Assembly: GCA_039025475.1 (NCBI GenBank)
Contig: JBCCOE010000013.1
Span: forward strand, 239 to 64,238
Length of the DNA: 64,000 nt
Origin: Bacteroidota bacterium
GTDB lineage: Bacteria; Bacteroidota; Bacteroidia; Cytophagales; Cyclobacteriaceae
Direction: 5' to 3'
The translations under genes were made by a program, and so were the position numbers. Below the pieces are notes generated by a model that saw nothing but the letters and a program-made list of their open reading frames with translations, ran no database searches and was not told where the DNA came from. Below, piece by piece: positions 1 to 10,661 of this stretch; position 1 is the first letter of the stretch; the number at the start of each line of letters is the position of its first letter.

Positions 1-3000
1 ATTCTCATATCACGTGTAAACTCACCGGCTTCAAATAATTTCTGGAAAACGATTCTTCCGTATATATCAACCATTTGAATCGTCAGAGGTAAGTTTTGAT
101 CCGCATCAACCTTAAGGTTTATGTTATTCTGATCGGTTGGATTAGGATAAGCTTTAAATCCAAACTCTATTTCCTCACTTGTAATCGTGAGTAAGACAAT
201 CCACTCAGCGGAATTATAAATAGTAATGGTTCCATCAATATCGGTTTGCGTAAGCCTGTAATAGTTAAAGCCACTCAGTGGATTACTGTCAACATATTCG
301 TATTTTGTAATTTGAACTGTTGTACCCTGACCATCAACCCGGGCTATAGTTTCATAGTCAAACCCATCAGAAGACCTTTGAAGCTCAAAGAAATCGTTAT
401 TTAATTCTGAAGCGGTCTCCCAGGTCAAATAATTGTTACCCTTTAACGTTTCACCTTCAAATTTTAGCAGTTCTACAGGTAACGCATTAGTCGCTGTTGT
501 GGAGCCAAGAGTGAATATTTGCTGGCTAAAACTATTACTTGAAATTGCGGTAAACCTTCCTTCCGATTGCGTATGACCAGAAGAGAAACCTGTTCCGTCC
601 AGATTATCCCAAGAACTCAGACCATCATTCCAAATCATAACTTCAAGCTCCTCTCTTTGGGCAAATACCGGAGAAACATCACTATCACTGCCCCAACTTA
701 AACCAACAGTTGCGGTTACACCCGGAGGAGGAGTGGTACCGGCATCATCACTAATTATCCAATACTCGCCATTACTCACCGTTTGAATTTGTCCTGGACC
801 CGTACCGCCATTTGTTGCATCCAAGTTATCCACTAACGGATCAGTAGTAGCGCTAGCATCAAAATATTCGGCAGACCACGTAAGACCACCGTCCGAAACA
901 TTATTTACTGACGCTGGTCTCCAACGTGAAGCACTACCGATTGGAAAGGTGAAGCTTGAGCCCGATGAACTCACTACTTTATTTAGCTGGCCATTGATAT
1001 AAGAGGTAGAGCTGCCAATAGTAGGTACTGTAATCCCATTTGACAATAAAGAAAGCGAAAAACCCGAGGTAGTTAACAATCCATCAAATAGAAATAATAC
1101 ATTTTGAATTTGAATATTAGCATTTTCTAGTAAAACACCCGAAGGATTTGATATCTGTAATCTGTAAAATGCGGAACTACCTATAAAATCACCTCTAATG
1201 ATCTGTGGAGTAACCCCCTGCATAAAAATACGATGACTACCTGAACCTTGTGTATATAGTCCGCTTGTATAGTTCAAATCTCCTTCCAGCCTTAAATTTC
1301 CTGCACTACCAGCGATATAAGTGCCACCATTAATAGTTAGATCTCCAACTATTCTAAGGTTGCCTCCATTCTGAGCTTCGTATGTTCCTCCGAAAATGTT
1401 AAAGTCGTTCAGAATTGTGGTAAATGAAGTTCCAGAATTCACTACTCCATTGTTTATTATAAAGTCATTGTCGACATCGACTCTTCTAAACGGAACAAGA
1501 TTTAGGGTTGGACCATTTACAACTAAATCTTCGCATACCCTTACATTATTATTGGGAAGATCGCGATCTCCAGAACCTATAAAGGACAAATTCCTTATCT
1601 CAGTAATACCGCCCAAAACACTGTAACTACCGGTACCCCCATACTCTAATCCTCCTCCGGAACAACTCAAAAAGTCGCCAGAAAATGCTGGTAAATTTGC
1701 ATTAATACTGTTACCTAATATCCTTAAAGTACCCGTCCCTGTTAATTCACCCAACCTATGATTTGTAGAATTATCAATTTCCAAAATCCCGCCATCTTGT
1801 ATTTCCATGGCATATAATCTTATACCATCAGCACCTACAGGTAGTGTCAGTGTGGCACCGGAAGGAATAATAACCACAGAACCGGAAGGATAATTACCAA
1901 CACCTGGTACATCAAGATCATATACCTCCGTATTGGCATCCCCTCCAACCCCTTGGACGATGTAAGTCACTACAACATCTGGTATAGCTTCATCAATCCC
2001 GGCAAAGTAATCTCCAGAAATTCCATCAGAACTGACTGAATTAAACCTAAAAGTTATTATGTTATTAGTCTCATCCAAATCATCCGGGGGAGGAAGAAAT
2101 TTATTAATAGCAAAAGTTGGATTGTTCTGGCTTAATATTCTGGCCGCTATATAATCATCTTCATCTAAACCTGGCTCAGCCGTGAGTACATCAGATTGAT
2201 CGTATTGAAAATTAGCTTCAGCCGTAAAACCATTAAGTCCCGATGATCTAACTGTCCAGTAATACTGCAAAGCATTATTGACATCTCCCGTAGCTAAAGG
2301 ATCATCTGGATCAGGAACACCATCATTTATTGTCGGATGTACTTCATTGGCCGGAAGAATATTAATAGTTCCACCTGTCGAACCTATATTAAGAGCAGTC
2401 AGTGTTACAGGAGTAAAGAAGCTTTGACCTACAGGGAAAATGAAATCAGCTCTTGGGCCTGCCGCAAACACTTTACCCACACCGCCATCAGTAAACGAAC
2501 TATTGGTTCTAATCATATTATTCACTCCAAATGTATTTACTTCAGTTATTTCAGCGGATATACCAAACAAAATTTCACTTCCGCCCACGTTAAAAACTCC
2601 ATTTTCCAATCTTAGACCACCATCAATATTAAAATTATAGCCGTTGCCATCAGGGATATTTACTCCGTTTGAATTGTTTATCGTGATAGTCCCTAAAGTA
2701 CCTGTTCCAGCACTGCTTCTTCTCAATTCTTGGGCAGTTCCTCCGGAGAATACGATTCCATTTCCTCCTGTACTGGAGTGCGTGCCATCTATCACGGCAT
2801 CTGCCGCCAGATTTATGGTATTACCATTATCGGATAATATGCCACCGCTGATAGTAAACAAATCTGAAACATTCAAAGTACTCGTCAAATCCAATGTACC
2901 TGTCTCTGATTTGGTAAACCTAAAGAAATTAAAGAATCCGGCACCGGTAATCTGTTGAACACCTGTTGAGTTGAAGATAGTTTCATTGCTTTGTGCATCA

Positions 3001-6000
3001 TAGGTTCCATCATTGTCAAAGTCACCTCCGACAGTCAGTGTACGTCCATTTGCATTCAGTGTACCTCCAGCCTCAATAGTAAGATTACCCTCAATAGTCA
3101 ATGCATTAATATCTAATTCAGCGCTTGGAGAATTTGTTCCTCCTATGACAAGTTCTTGAAGAGGTATCGCTGAATTTATCCTGAAGTCATTTTGACCCGC
3201 AGGAGTATCCCCATTAAAAATTTGGATAGGTTGTGTAACGTCCGAGTCATCTGGATTCAAAAATAAAGCCGCCACGGAAGGGGAAGACTGATGTCTTTCG
3301 ATCTGTAATGTTCCCCCCGTAAATGTGAACTCACTACCCGTATTGTAAATCTGCAACATACCGCGTGTATTCTCGGGACCAGCCTGAGTACCAATTCGTA
3401 CATCTCCCCCTGTTTGTCGATAACGCAGTACACCTGTCTCCGCGGTAGTAATTCCGCGTATTTGCGACCCTACATTTAAAGTACCGGAAGAAATCTCTAA
3501 CAGAGCGTTACCAGAAGCAGAGTATTCAATAAAGTTATTACCATTGCCCACGGCGTCATCCATATCTAAAGTACCACCATCAATGATTAGTGAGCCATCA
3601 AGAATAATACCTATATCATCACCACTCACGGTAAAAGTACCCTGGGTAAGTTGTAAGCCCGATGACGAGGGAATGCTAAAGCTTCCTCCACCTGTTGTCA
3701 ATTCAATAGATATGGATGGATCATTGAATCGAAGGAGCCCATTATTAAGTTCGATCGCTTTTTCTATTAATCCACTTGAGCCATTAATATTAAGATTAGA
3801 TATAAACTCAAATGAAGAAGATGGATCGACACCCTTATTCATTTCAATACGATAGAAATCAGGTGTTTGATCAGTACCGTTAGCCAATTGATTTGCACCT
3901 TCCTTGATTAACTCAATTATAACTTGAGAGTCATCTGTATCAGGATTAGAAAGGCTTATGATCCCATCAGTGCCATTTCCGTTTTGAACTAAGTTTATAT
4001 CTCCACCAACTTGTAATCTATGAATTGCAGTCCCAGTTCCAGCCGATTCTACATCAATAAAGGAATCATCAATAGTTCCATTGGTGGTACCTCCAACAGT
4101 AATGTTATTGCAAACTGTAACAGTGTAGGGCGTGTTACCATTGTCAAATCTTAACCTTCCGTGACCAAAACCAATACCAACATCTAAATCATCATCTACA
4201 TTTATATTAGATTGTACCCATAACGCAGCACGGTTTGCAATTTGAAGTTCGTTATTGACTTGAATATCGTTTGTAAAAGTTATGATCCGTTGACTTCCCC
4301 ATCCATCGGCACCTCCATTGCTACCTCCCGTGGCAGTTATTCTTAGATTAGGAAACTCTGCTGGAAAAGAAGGCATGGTAACTGCATTTCCAGTACCCGT
4401 ACCTCCTTGATGTGCTAAATTCCAAGTACTACTTGTATTACCCAGAAAATCTCCTAAATCGTTAGTTGCGTCAAAAGTGGGAACATCACCAGAATTACTG
4501 AAAAATAATTGAATTTCTCCGTTACCAATCACTTGTCCCCAGTTCTGAGAGGTTCCTGGCTCAGGAAAAAGACGACCTCTAGATTCACCCGCACCTGCCG
4601 TTTCAAATTCTAATCTTGCCACTGTAGCATTGATATCAACATCCAATCTAATTGGATTTTGGCTAAAACCCAGTCCTGTTCCATTATGAGCCCCAATAAT
4701 AACAACGTCTCCAGCTCCTGGGATAGTGCCAGCAACTGGTCCCTGTACAGCAGTAGTTGACCATGTATTAATATTACTCCAATCTTGATCGCCATTTGAT
4801 ATTTTTCTCGTGTAGTAAATGGTAGGAGCTCCGGAAAACCTCCCAGACTCACCAGCAGTATAATTCGCTACCTCAAGTGGGAAACCATTATCTGCATCTC
4901 CGTTAAAATCAATCGTATTATTAGTGTCATCCACACCTTCAAATTCAACTACTCCCGGAACGCCAAACAAATTGTCATCTTCGAAACGTCTTGTAAATGG
5001 TGCTGCATCTAATACTTTACCAGCCACAAAACTTGATTCGTTCGCTGAAAGATCTACATCATCCTCATCATAAATAAATTGATATGACACATTTGGAACT
5101 GCAGAGAAACCCTCGAAATTGACCCTCCAGTAATATGACAAAACATCCCCTCCAAGAGGTTCAGTTGTTAACAATTCGCCATCCACTGGACGAATAGTTA
5201 AATATCCATCACCACCAAACCCCGAGACGGAAACGACAGCTGGAGTATATTTTGAAGAAGGGTTAGTTATACCAAATGGAAATTCATAAGTTCCATCGCC
5301 ATCAACTAGTATAGACAATCCTCCATCAGATGCACTCGCAGAAGTCACTATCATATCCTCAATAGAGTAGCAACCTCCTACACAGCCACCAAAGTTTGCT
5401 TCTGAAGCTCTTAAAGCTTCCACAAAATTTTCAACACGAAGATTATTATCTTCAATATTTAGCAGACCACTTTCAAACTGTAACCTTCTTACAGTAAGAT
5501 CATTTTGAAGAGTTACTATATCGTTACTTGCTCTGAATCTCAGGTTGCCAATAACCGCATCTGCTGTATTTTGTACCATAAATGTAGCGGCCCTAAATTT
5601 AACTTGAGAATTAACATCTGTAACCCCTTCCACATATTCACTTAAAATACCATCTATTCTTACATCGGTAGTGTTGAGACGTAAACTATAATCAGTAATA
5701 TCGAAAATTCCATTCTGTAAATCGAATGTCCCACGGACATCCACTAAATTGTTGGCATCAGGGTTGGCTTCTCCTGCAATCTCAGTATCTCTCTGAGCAC
5801 TTGCATCAAGCCTTACTCGTATACCATCCGGCTTATTAATTACAAGGTTGGAGAAGCGTTGGTCTACACTGAATACAGGGCAGGTTGGGCAATTGACCTG
5901 AGTTGCATGGTCTAGTCTCAATACGCTATCATCAATCCCATTTAATGTTAGGGTATAAGGTGCACTGGGAGCAGTGTTTAGAGGCACATCCCATTCAGCT

Positions 6001-8972
6001 CCATCCTCTATAATTAAATCACTTCCGACTTCAATATCATTCCCATTAGGATCAAAACTTACACCGTCTTCAACAGTTAAATCATTTAAGACCAACAGTT
6101 CCGGATTCAAAATTGTCTCAAATTCTCCGGCAGAGTTATCACCAGAAGTTCCGCTTGCTAAATCAATATCGGTTGCGGTTCCACCAGTACTCCTCATAAT
6201 TACATTCCAGAATGGCGCCCTGGAAGTAACTTTAAAGTCGATGTTCGTGTTATTTTCCATAATAACCGTACCGCCCGTAACACTAATATTACCCGGATCG
6301 CTGTCAATAAAAATGCCACCACCATGAATCTGGCCACTGGTACCACCAGTATTATCATTAAACGTATCAGACCCTGCAACACGCAGCGTACCCCCTGACA
6401 TATTAAAAGTATTGCCGGGATAAGTCAAACTAAAGGTGTAATAGTTCTGCTGCACATTCTGTCCGGTCACATCTACAGTACCACCAGATTGGAAATAACC
6501 ACCAATATTCGCGGCACCTAAAACTGATGTTCTGATCTGATTAACCGTAACTATACCTCCCTCTACTATGATAGTACCATTATCGCGGGTAGTTATACCA
6601 CTTCGCACCGGTGCATCCAATGTTCCATCTGATACTTGGATAATACCATAAGGAACTATAGCCTCGCCACCGGCTTTAGTAGTAGAACCCCCATTCACCC
6701 ATAACCTTGCGGATTCTGAGATATTGTAATTTCCGGTATTGTTAAGAAGAGGTACATCAACATTGGTGTTCAGCCTCACCGTTCCTCGCAAAAGGCCTAA
6801 AGCGTTGTCATTCGTGGTTAATTGTGCGGTTGAGCTATGACCATAGTCCACCGGTCCAAATAAATTGAAGTTAGTTGGAGACAGTGCATTAATATCCAGT
6901 ATAAAAGTTTCGTCGGCACCTTTATCGATCTCAATGCGGTAGAAATTCGTTACTCCATTACAATCGATTGACTGATCACGATCATCGCTTAGAAAATTAG
7001 CATCAACAATTCCATTCGTAGCCTCATTGTTATTATCCGCGGCTACCCTATTGGTAAACTCTACTCTACCATTATTAATTAAGTCACCATAAAAATTAAA
7101 TTGGTGCCTAGCATTGGCTGTCCCTACATTAATCTCCCCTGAGGCATCAACTTGTACATCACCAAAAACGTCAATTGCAAGGTTATCGGTGGCACTGTTA
7201 TCATTAATGGATAATATGCCCTGTTGAATAGTCAAATCTCCATTAATTCGATAATCCGCAAGCATGTTAACTTCATTAGTAGGAAATGCCAGATCAATAA
7301 TCACATTATTATACTCTCTAGCGGTATTTAAATTAAAAGTACCAGCTTCCATGAGTACTGTTCCCCCCACTATAGAATCTGCAAATAAAGAGGTTGATCC
7401 GGATGGAAAATTATCGATACCTCCAGAACCTTCAATAGAGATAATTCCATTACCTGCTATCGAGAAGTAATTATGATCAGTGGTATTTTCTATATTCAGC
7501 TGCCCGTTAACGGTTAAATTGACTCCGTCATTGTCATCTGTGGCCATGGTGACTGTCCTTCCCGATAATATCACCATATTATCTCCCGCCGAAGGAAGAT
7601 TACCCGTGGGCGGCTCGAGCAAATTCCCAGAAGGATCAGTGGTCCAGGTATCTGGGTCTTCCCAATTTCCAGATTGAAATGAATAAAATGTGCTATTTAC
7701 TAATTGTGTACCTCGACCCAGTGTATAATAACCAGTGGGCAACTCGAGATTAGACAAATTCACTACAACCTGATCTGTGTTTTCAATACTAATTGAGTTG
7801 GCCAATACCCTTGTATAGTTATCTCCGGTAGTGGCTCTGTACAGTAATACATAATCACTGGCCGAGCCCACCGCTCCAAGCCCAGCTGTTCCAAAATCAA
7901 ACCGTAATTCTGCTGATACACCACCTGTCACTTCTAAAAACCAACTGCGAGCCCATCTATCAGTAATATCTGGGTCAGTAAAATCTGTCATTACCGTTTG
8001 GCTATGGGCAGTGTTGTCATGCGCAAAAACTATAAATTCATTTGCCGCATTTAAAGTTCCTCCAACTTCTTCGATCTGTAGCGCATCGGAAAATCCAGAC
8101 AAGTTGGATTTGTTAGTTCCATCAACAGTACCAATACCTACAAGATCATTATTAAATGCTGCATCACCTGAGGTGAAGAAATCTGTTCCAACGGAGATAT
8201 TATATTTCTCAGATAAATAGTTTTCAATAATTAACTTTTCCGCTTCATTCAGTGCGTCAGTGTAAATTATGACTTCTGCAATATCCCCTTCAAAATTTCT
8301 TGCCTCCCCGGCATTATCATCAAAAGTACCAATAAACAGATCTGATGAGCGGTTAGGAATACTAGCCCCACTGGTACCACTGCCACTCAATGTGGTAGAC
8401 AAATATTGGATAACAGCACCAGCGTCAGCAACAGATGAAAATATATAAGGAGTACCAGCAGACAACACTGATCCGCTACTAACCCCTCCCCCAGTGGAAA
8501 TTCTTGAATTAATTATTTGATTATTTTGCCAATACACATAGGACTGATTACTCCCAAAAGACGTCCTTTTAGATAAAATCCCCACATTTCCGCTTGAAGT
8601 GTTTTCGGGTGAAAAAACGATAAAAACAGTCACACCGGTTGTATTATCTAAATTGTCAGCATCAGGTACTACTAATCTAAAATCGTTAGATGGAGCGGAA
8701 AATGTTAGAGTGGGTAAATTATTGAAAAGTGGATTTGGATTTGTAAAAATTGGCTCATTAGTATCCCCTGGCGCAGATGCATTATTTCCATTACCCGATT
8801 GGTCAGCCCAAGCCGAAACTGTTCCTGTTGCAGTAATTCCCATATCAGACCTTAGCCATAATACGTTTTCTGGACCAATTGAACCATCACTAGAACCAAT
8901 TCCCGCTGGACCTGTCTGGGCGAAACTGTAGTTAGATAAAATTAAAATTAAAAATACTATAAACTTCCTCAT
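1..8972 (-). CDS. Giant T9SS-secreted protein (>=2990 aa, 3' end runs off the window): signal peptide, LamG/ConA-like domain, repeated beta-rich modules, T9SS type A C-terminal domain
   Basis: ATG at 8972 gives MRKFIVFLILILSNYSFAQTGPAGIG. The same frame at the window edge reads LPVELLKFEGETLKGNNYLTWETASELNNDFFELQRSSDG...YYRLTQTDIDG...AYPNPTDQNNI...IQMVDIYGRIVF. The ORF track lists no stop-terminated minus ORF in this frame, so the frame appears uninterrupted. Confidence 0.92.
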   Translation of the reverse strand, partial: MRKFIVFLILILSNYSFAQTGPAGIGSSDGSIGPENVLWLRSDMGITATGTVSAWADQSGNGNNASAPGDTNEPIFTNPNPLFNNLPTLTFSAPSNDFRLVVPDADNLDNTTGVTVFIVFSPENTSSGNVGILSKRTSFGSNQSYVYWQNNQIINSRISTGGGVSSGSVLSAGTPYIFSSVADAGAVIQYLSTTLSGSGTSGASIPNRSSDLFIGTFDDNAGEARNFEGDIAEVIIYTDALNEAEKLIIENYLSEKYNISVGTDFFTSGDAAFNNDLVGIGTVDGTNKSNLSGFSDALQIEEVGGTLNAANEFIVFAHDNTAHSQTVMTDFTDPDITDRWARSWFLEVTGGVSAELRFDFGTAGLGAVGSASDYVLLYRATTGDNYTRVLANSISIENTDQVVVNLSNLELPTGYYTLGRGTQLVNSTFYSFQSGNWEDPDTWTTDPSGNLLEPPTGNLPSAGDNMVILSGRTVTMATDDNDGVNLTVNGQLNIENTTDHNYFSIAGNGIISIEGSGGIDNFPSGSTSLFADSIVGGTVLMEAGTFNLNTAREYNNVIIDLAFPTNEVNMLADYRINGDLTIQQGILSINDNSATDNLAIDVFGDVQVDASGEINVGTANARHQFNFYGDLINNGRVEFTNRVAADNNNEATNGIVDANFLSDDRDQSIDCNGVTNFYRIEIDKGADETFILDINALSPTNFNLFGPVDYGHSSTAQLTTNDNALGLLRGTVRLNTNVDVPLLNNTGNYNISESARLWVNGGSTTKAGGEAIVPYGIIQVSDGTLDAPVRSGITTRDNGTIIVEGGIVTVNQIRTSVLGAANIGGYFQSGGTVDVTGQNVQQNYYTFSLTYPGNTFNMSGGTLRVAGSDTFNDNTGGTSGQIHGGGIFIDSDPGNISVTGGTVIMENNTNIDFKVTSRAPFWNVIMRSTGGTATDIDLASGTSGDNSAGEFETILNPELLVLNDLTVEDGVSFDPNGNDIEVGSDLIIEDGAEWDVPLNTAPSAPYTLTLNGIDDSVLRLDHATQVNCPTCPVFSVDQRFSNLVINKPDGIRVRLDASAQRDTEIAGEANPDANNLVDVRGTFDLQNGIFDITDYSLRLNTTDVRIDGILSEYVEGVTDVNSQVKFRAATFMVQNTADAVIGNLRFRASNDIVTLQNDLTVRRLQFESGLLNIEDNNLRVENFVEALRASEANFGGCVGGCYSIEDMIVTSASASDGGLSILVDGDGTYEFPFGITNPSSKYTPAVVSVSGFGGDGYLTIRPVDGELLTTEPLGGDVLSYYWRVNFEGFSAVPNVSYQFIYDEDDVDLSANESSFVAGKVLDAAPFTRRFEDDNLFGVPGVVEFEGVDDTNNTIDFNGDADNGFPLEVANYTAGESGRFSGAPTIYYTRKISNGDQDWSNINTWSTTAVQGPVAGTIPGAGDVVIIGAHNGTGLGFSQNPIRLDVDINATVARLEFETAGAGESRGRLFPEPGTSQNWGQVIGNGEIQLFFSNSGDVPTFDATNDLGDFLGNTSSTWNLAHQGGTGTGNAVTMPSFPAEFPNLRITATGGSNGGADGWGSQRIITFTNDIQVNNELQIANRAALWVQSNINVDDDLDVGIGFGHGRLRFDNGNTPYTVTVCNNITVGGTTNGTIDDSFIDVESAGTGTAIHRLQVGGDINLVQNGNGTDGIISLSNPDTDDSQVIIELIKEGANQLANGTDQTPDFYRIEMNKGVDPSSSFEFISNLNINGSSGLIEKAIELNNGLLRFNDPSISIELTTGGGSFSIPSSSGLQLTQGTFTVSGDDIGIILDGSLIIDGGTLDMDDAVGNGNNFIEYSASGNALLEISSGTLNVGSQIRGITTAETGVLRYRQTGGDVRIGTQAGPENTRGMLQIYNTGSEFTFTGGTLQIERHQSSPSVAALFLNPDDSDVTQPIQIFNGDTPAGQNDFRINSAIPLQELVIGGTNSPSAELDINALTIEGNLTIEAGGTLNANGRTLTVGGDFDNDGTYDAQSNETIFNSTGVQQITGAGFFNFFRFTKSETGTLDLTSTLNVSDLFTISGGILSDNGNTINLAADAVIDGTHSSTGGNGIVFSGGTAQELRRSSAGTGTLGTITINNSNGVNIPDGNGYNFNIDGGLRLENGVFNVGGSEILFGISAEITEVNTFGVNNMIRTNSSFTDGGVGKVFAAGPRADFIFPVGQSFFTPVTLTALNIGSTGGTINILPANEVHPTINDGVPDPDDPLATGDVNNALQYYWTVRSSGLNGFTAEANFQYDQSDVLTAEPGLDEDDYIAARILSQNNPTFAINKFLPPPDDLDETNNIITFRFNSVSSDGISGDYFAGIDEAIPDVVVTYIVQGVGGDANTEVYDLDVPGVGNYPSGSVVIIPSGATLTLPVGADGIRLYAMEIQDGGILEIDNSTNHRLGELTGTGTLRILGNSINANLPAFSGDFLSCSGGGLEYGGTGSYSVLGGITEIRNLSFIGSGDRDLPNNNVRVCEDLVVNGPTLNLVPFRRVDVDNDFIINNGVVNSGTSFTTILNDFNIFGGTYEAQNGGNLRIVGDLTINGGTYIAGSAGNLRLEGDLNYTSGLYTQGSGSHRIFMQGVTPQIIRGDFIGSSAFYRLQISNPSGVLLENANIQIQNVLFLFDGLLTTSGFSLSLLSNGITVPTIGSSTSYINGQLNKVVSSSGSSFTFPIGSASRWRPASVNNVSDGGLTWSAEYFDASATTDPLVDNLDATNGGTGPGQIQTVSNGEYWIISDDAGTTPPPGVTATVGLSWGSDSDVSPVFAQREELEVMIWNDGLSSWDNLDGTGFSSGHTQSEGRFTAISSNSFSQQIFTLGSTTATNALPVELLKFEGETLKGNNYLTWETASELNNDFFELQRSSDGFDYETIARVDGQGTTVQITKYEYVDSNPLSGFNYYRLTQTDIDGTITIYNSAEWIVLLTITSEEIEFGFKAYPNPTDQNNINLKVDADQNLPLTIQMVDIYGRIVFQKLFEAGEFTRDMR

Positions 8973-9388
8973 ATCAAACTTGATAGTAAAAACCGTGCTA
9001 AACTTGGTTAAGTCACTTAATTATCATGAAATCACGCGTTTGAATCTCAATTAACACAATTCGATTTCTCATTTTGGGAAAAAAGTTTAAAAAACTGCTC
9101 TTCTATGGACAATTTCAATGACTAAGAATATTTCGATTTACTAGTAAAAATATCAACTCACAAAAGTATTTAAACTTGGAGAAGACTTTGCCATGAATAT
9201 AAAAAAATAGTGCTAGGTAACAGCCAAAAAAATAAATTTCAAAAGAAAACTTACATTCGACTTCATCCATTTATATCAAAAACAGATATTAACACGATTT
9301 TACCTTATATGAATATCAATTAGTCAATTGGTTATTTTTATCACTATTTTTTATTTTATTAGTATGTAATTATATAAATTAATTGAAA

Positions 9389-10621
9389 ATGACACTTAAT
9401 TACATCTGGTTTGGATTTTTTATAGTCGCCTTTATCGTAGCTCTATTAAAAACGATTTTCACAGGTGAAACACAGGTGTTTACTGATATGGTAAACTCCA
9501 CTTTTGAAATGTCCAAAACGAGTATTACGCTGTCCATTAACCTGCTTGGTGGAATGTGTTTATGGCTCGGTTTGATGAAGATCGCTGAGACCGGCGGACT
9601 GATCCGCATCTTAGCCAGGTATATAGGTCCATTTTTTAGAAAGCTTTTCCCGGAGATCCCAATAGAACATCCAGCTACGGGTTCAATTATTATGAATTTC
9701 AGTGCCAATATCTTGGGTCTAGATAATGCTGCAACACCGATTGGTTTAAAAGCCATGAAGGAAATGCAGGAACTCAATACGGATAAAGACACGGCCTCGA
9801 ATGCTCAGATCATGTTCCTTGTATTAAATACTTCCGGGCTTTCTGTGATACCACTGACTATACTCATTGACCGCTCGGGAATCGGTGCAACAAACCCTAC
9901 AGATGTATTCCTACCCATCTTGCTGGCAACATCATGCTCTACGCTTATTGGACTTATTACGGTTTCTATATATCAGAAAATCAATCTTTTCGATAAGGTG
10001 GTTTTAGGATATTTGGGAGCGATGATTTTTATCCTTGGTGGATTTATCTATTATCTAACCACCATGAACCAAACCGAGCTTAGTGAAACAAGCACGTTCG
10101 TAAGTAATTTCATCATTTTTTCGGTGATAATCTTTTTTCTCGCATTGGGTTTTAGAAAAAGGATAAACATTTTCTCGACATTCGTAGAGGGTGCCAAGGA
10201 GGGATTTGAAATAACCTTGAAAATTGTTCCCTATCTTATCGCTTTTCTCGTGGCCATTGGAGTTTTCAGAGCTTCCGGGGCTTTTGATTATCTGTTGGAA
10301 GGACTGAAACTCATAATAGGTTTAACAGGGATAAATACAGATTTCGTTGATGCCCTACCTGTAGCATTGATGAAGCCCCTTAGTGGAGGTACTGCGAGGG
10401 GTATGATGTTCGAAACTATTGAAATACACGGAGTTGATTCATTTATTGGTCGACTCGCCAGTATTCTAAGAGGTGCCACGGAAACCACATTTTACATCGT
10501 GGCCGTTTATTTTGGCTCAGTGAACATTAAAAATATTAGATACGCCATCGGTGCAGGACTGATTGCAGACCTTGCCGGTATTATAGCAGCCATAGTTTTT
10601 GGATATATGTTTTTCCATTAG
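9389..10621 (+). CDS. SpmA-SpmB fusion (nucleoside recognition/Gate domain membrane protein)
   Basis: NFSANILGLDNAATPIGLKAM (SpmA-like) and MKPLSGG...GATETTFYIVAVYFGSV (SpmB-like); many hydrophobic segments. ATG at 9389, TTG at 9383 possible. Confidence 0.85.
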   Translation: MTLNYIWFGFFIVAFIVALLKTIFTGETQVFTDMVNSTFEMSKTSITLSINLLGGMCLWLGLMKIAETGGLIRILARYIGPFFRKLFPEIPIEHPATGSIIMNFSANILGLDNAATPIGLKAMKEMQELNTDKDTASNAQIMFLVLNTSGLSVIPLTILIDRSGIGATNPTDVFLPILLATSCSTLIGLITVSIYQKINLFDKVVLGYLGAMIFILGGFIYYLTTMNQTELSETSTFVSNFIIFSVIIFFLALGFRKRINIFSTFVEGAKEGFEITLKIVPYLIAFLVAIGVFRASGAFDYLLEGLKLIIGLTGINTDFVDALPVALMKPLSGGTARGMMFETIEIHGVDSFIGRLASILRGATETTFYIVAVYFGSVNIKNIRYAIGAGLIADLAGIIAAIVFGYMFFH

Positions 10622-10661
10622 TACCCGAATGACTATATTAACGTCTCTCGAAAGAACATTT

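Noticed and set aside
1396-8931. About 15 short ORFs listed in the track within 1.4-8.9 kb
   Set aside because: They are antisense or off-frame shadows of the giant minus-strand gene and have no motifs of their own.
9389-10621. spmAB as evidence for sporulation
   Set aside because: No other sporulation genes, and the context is Bacteroidota.
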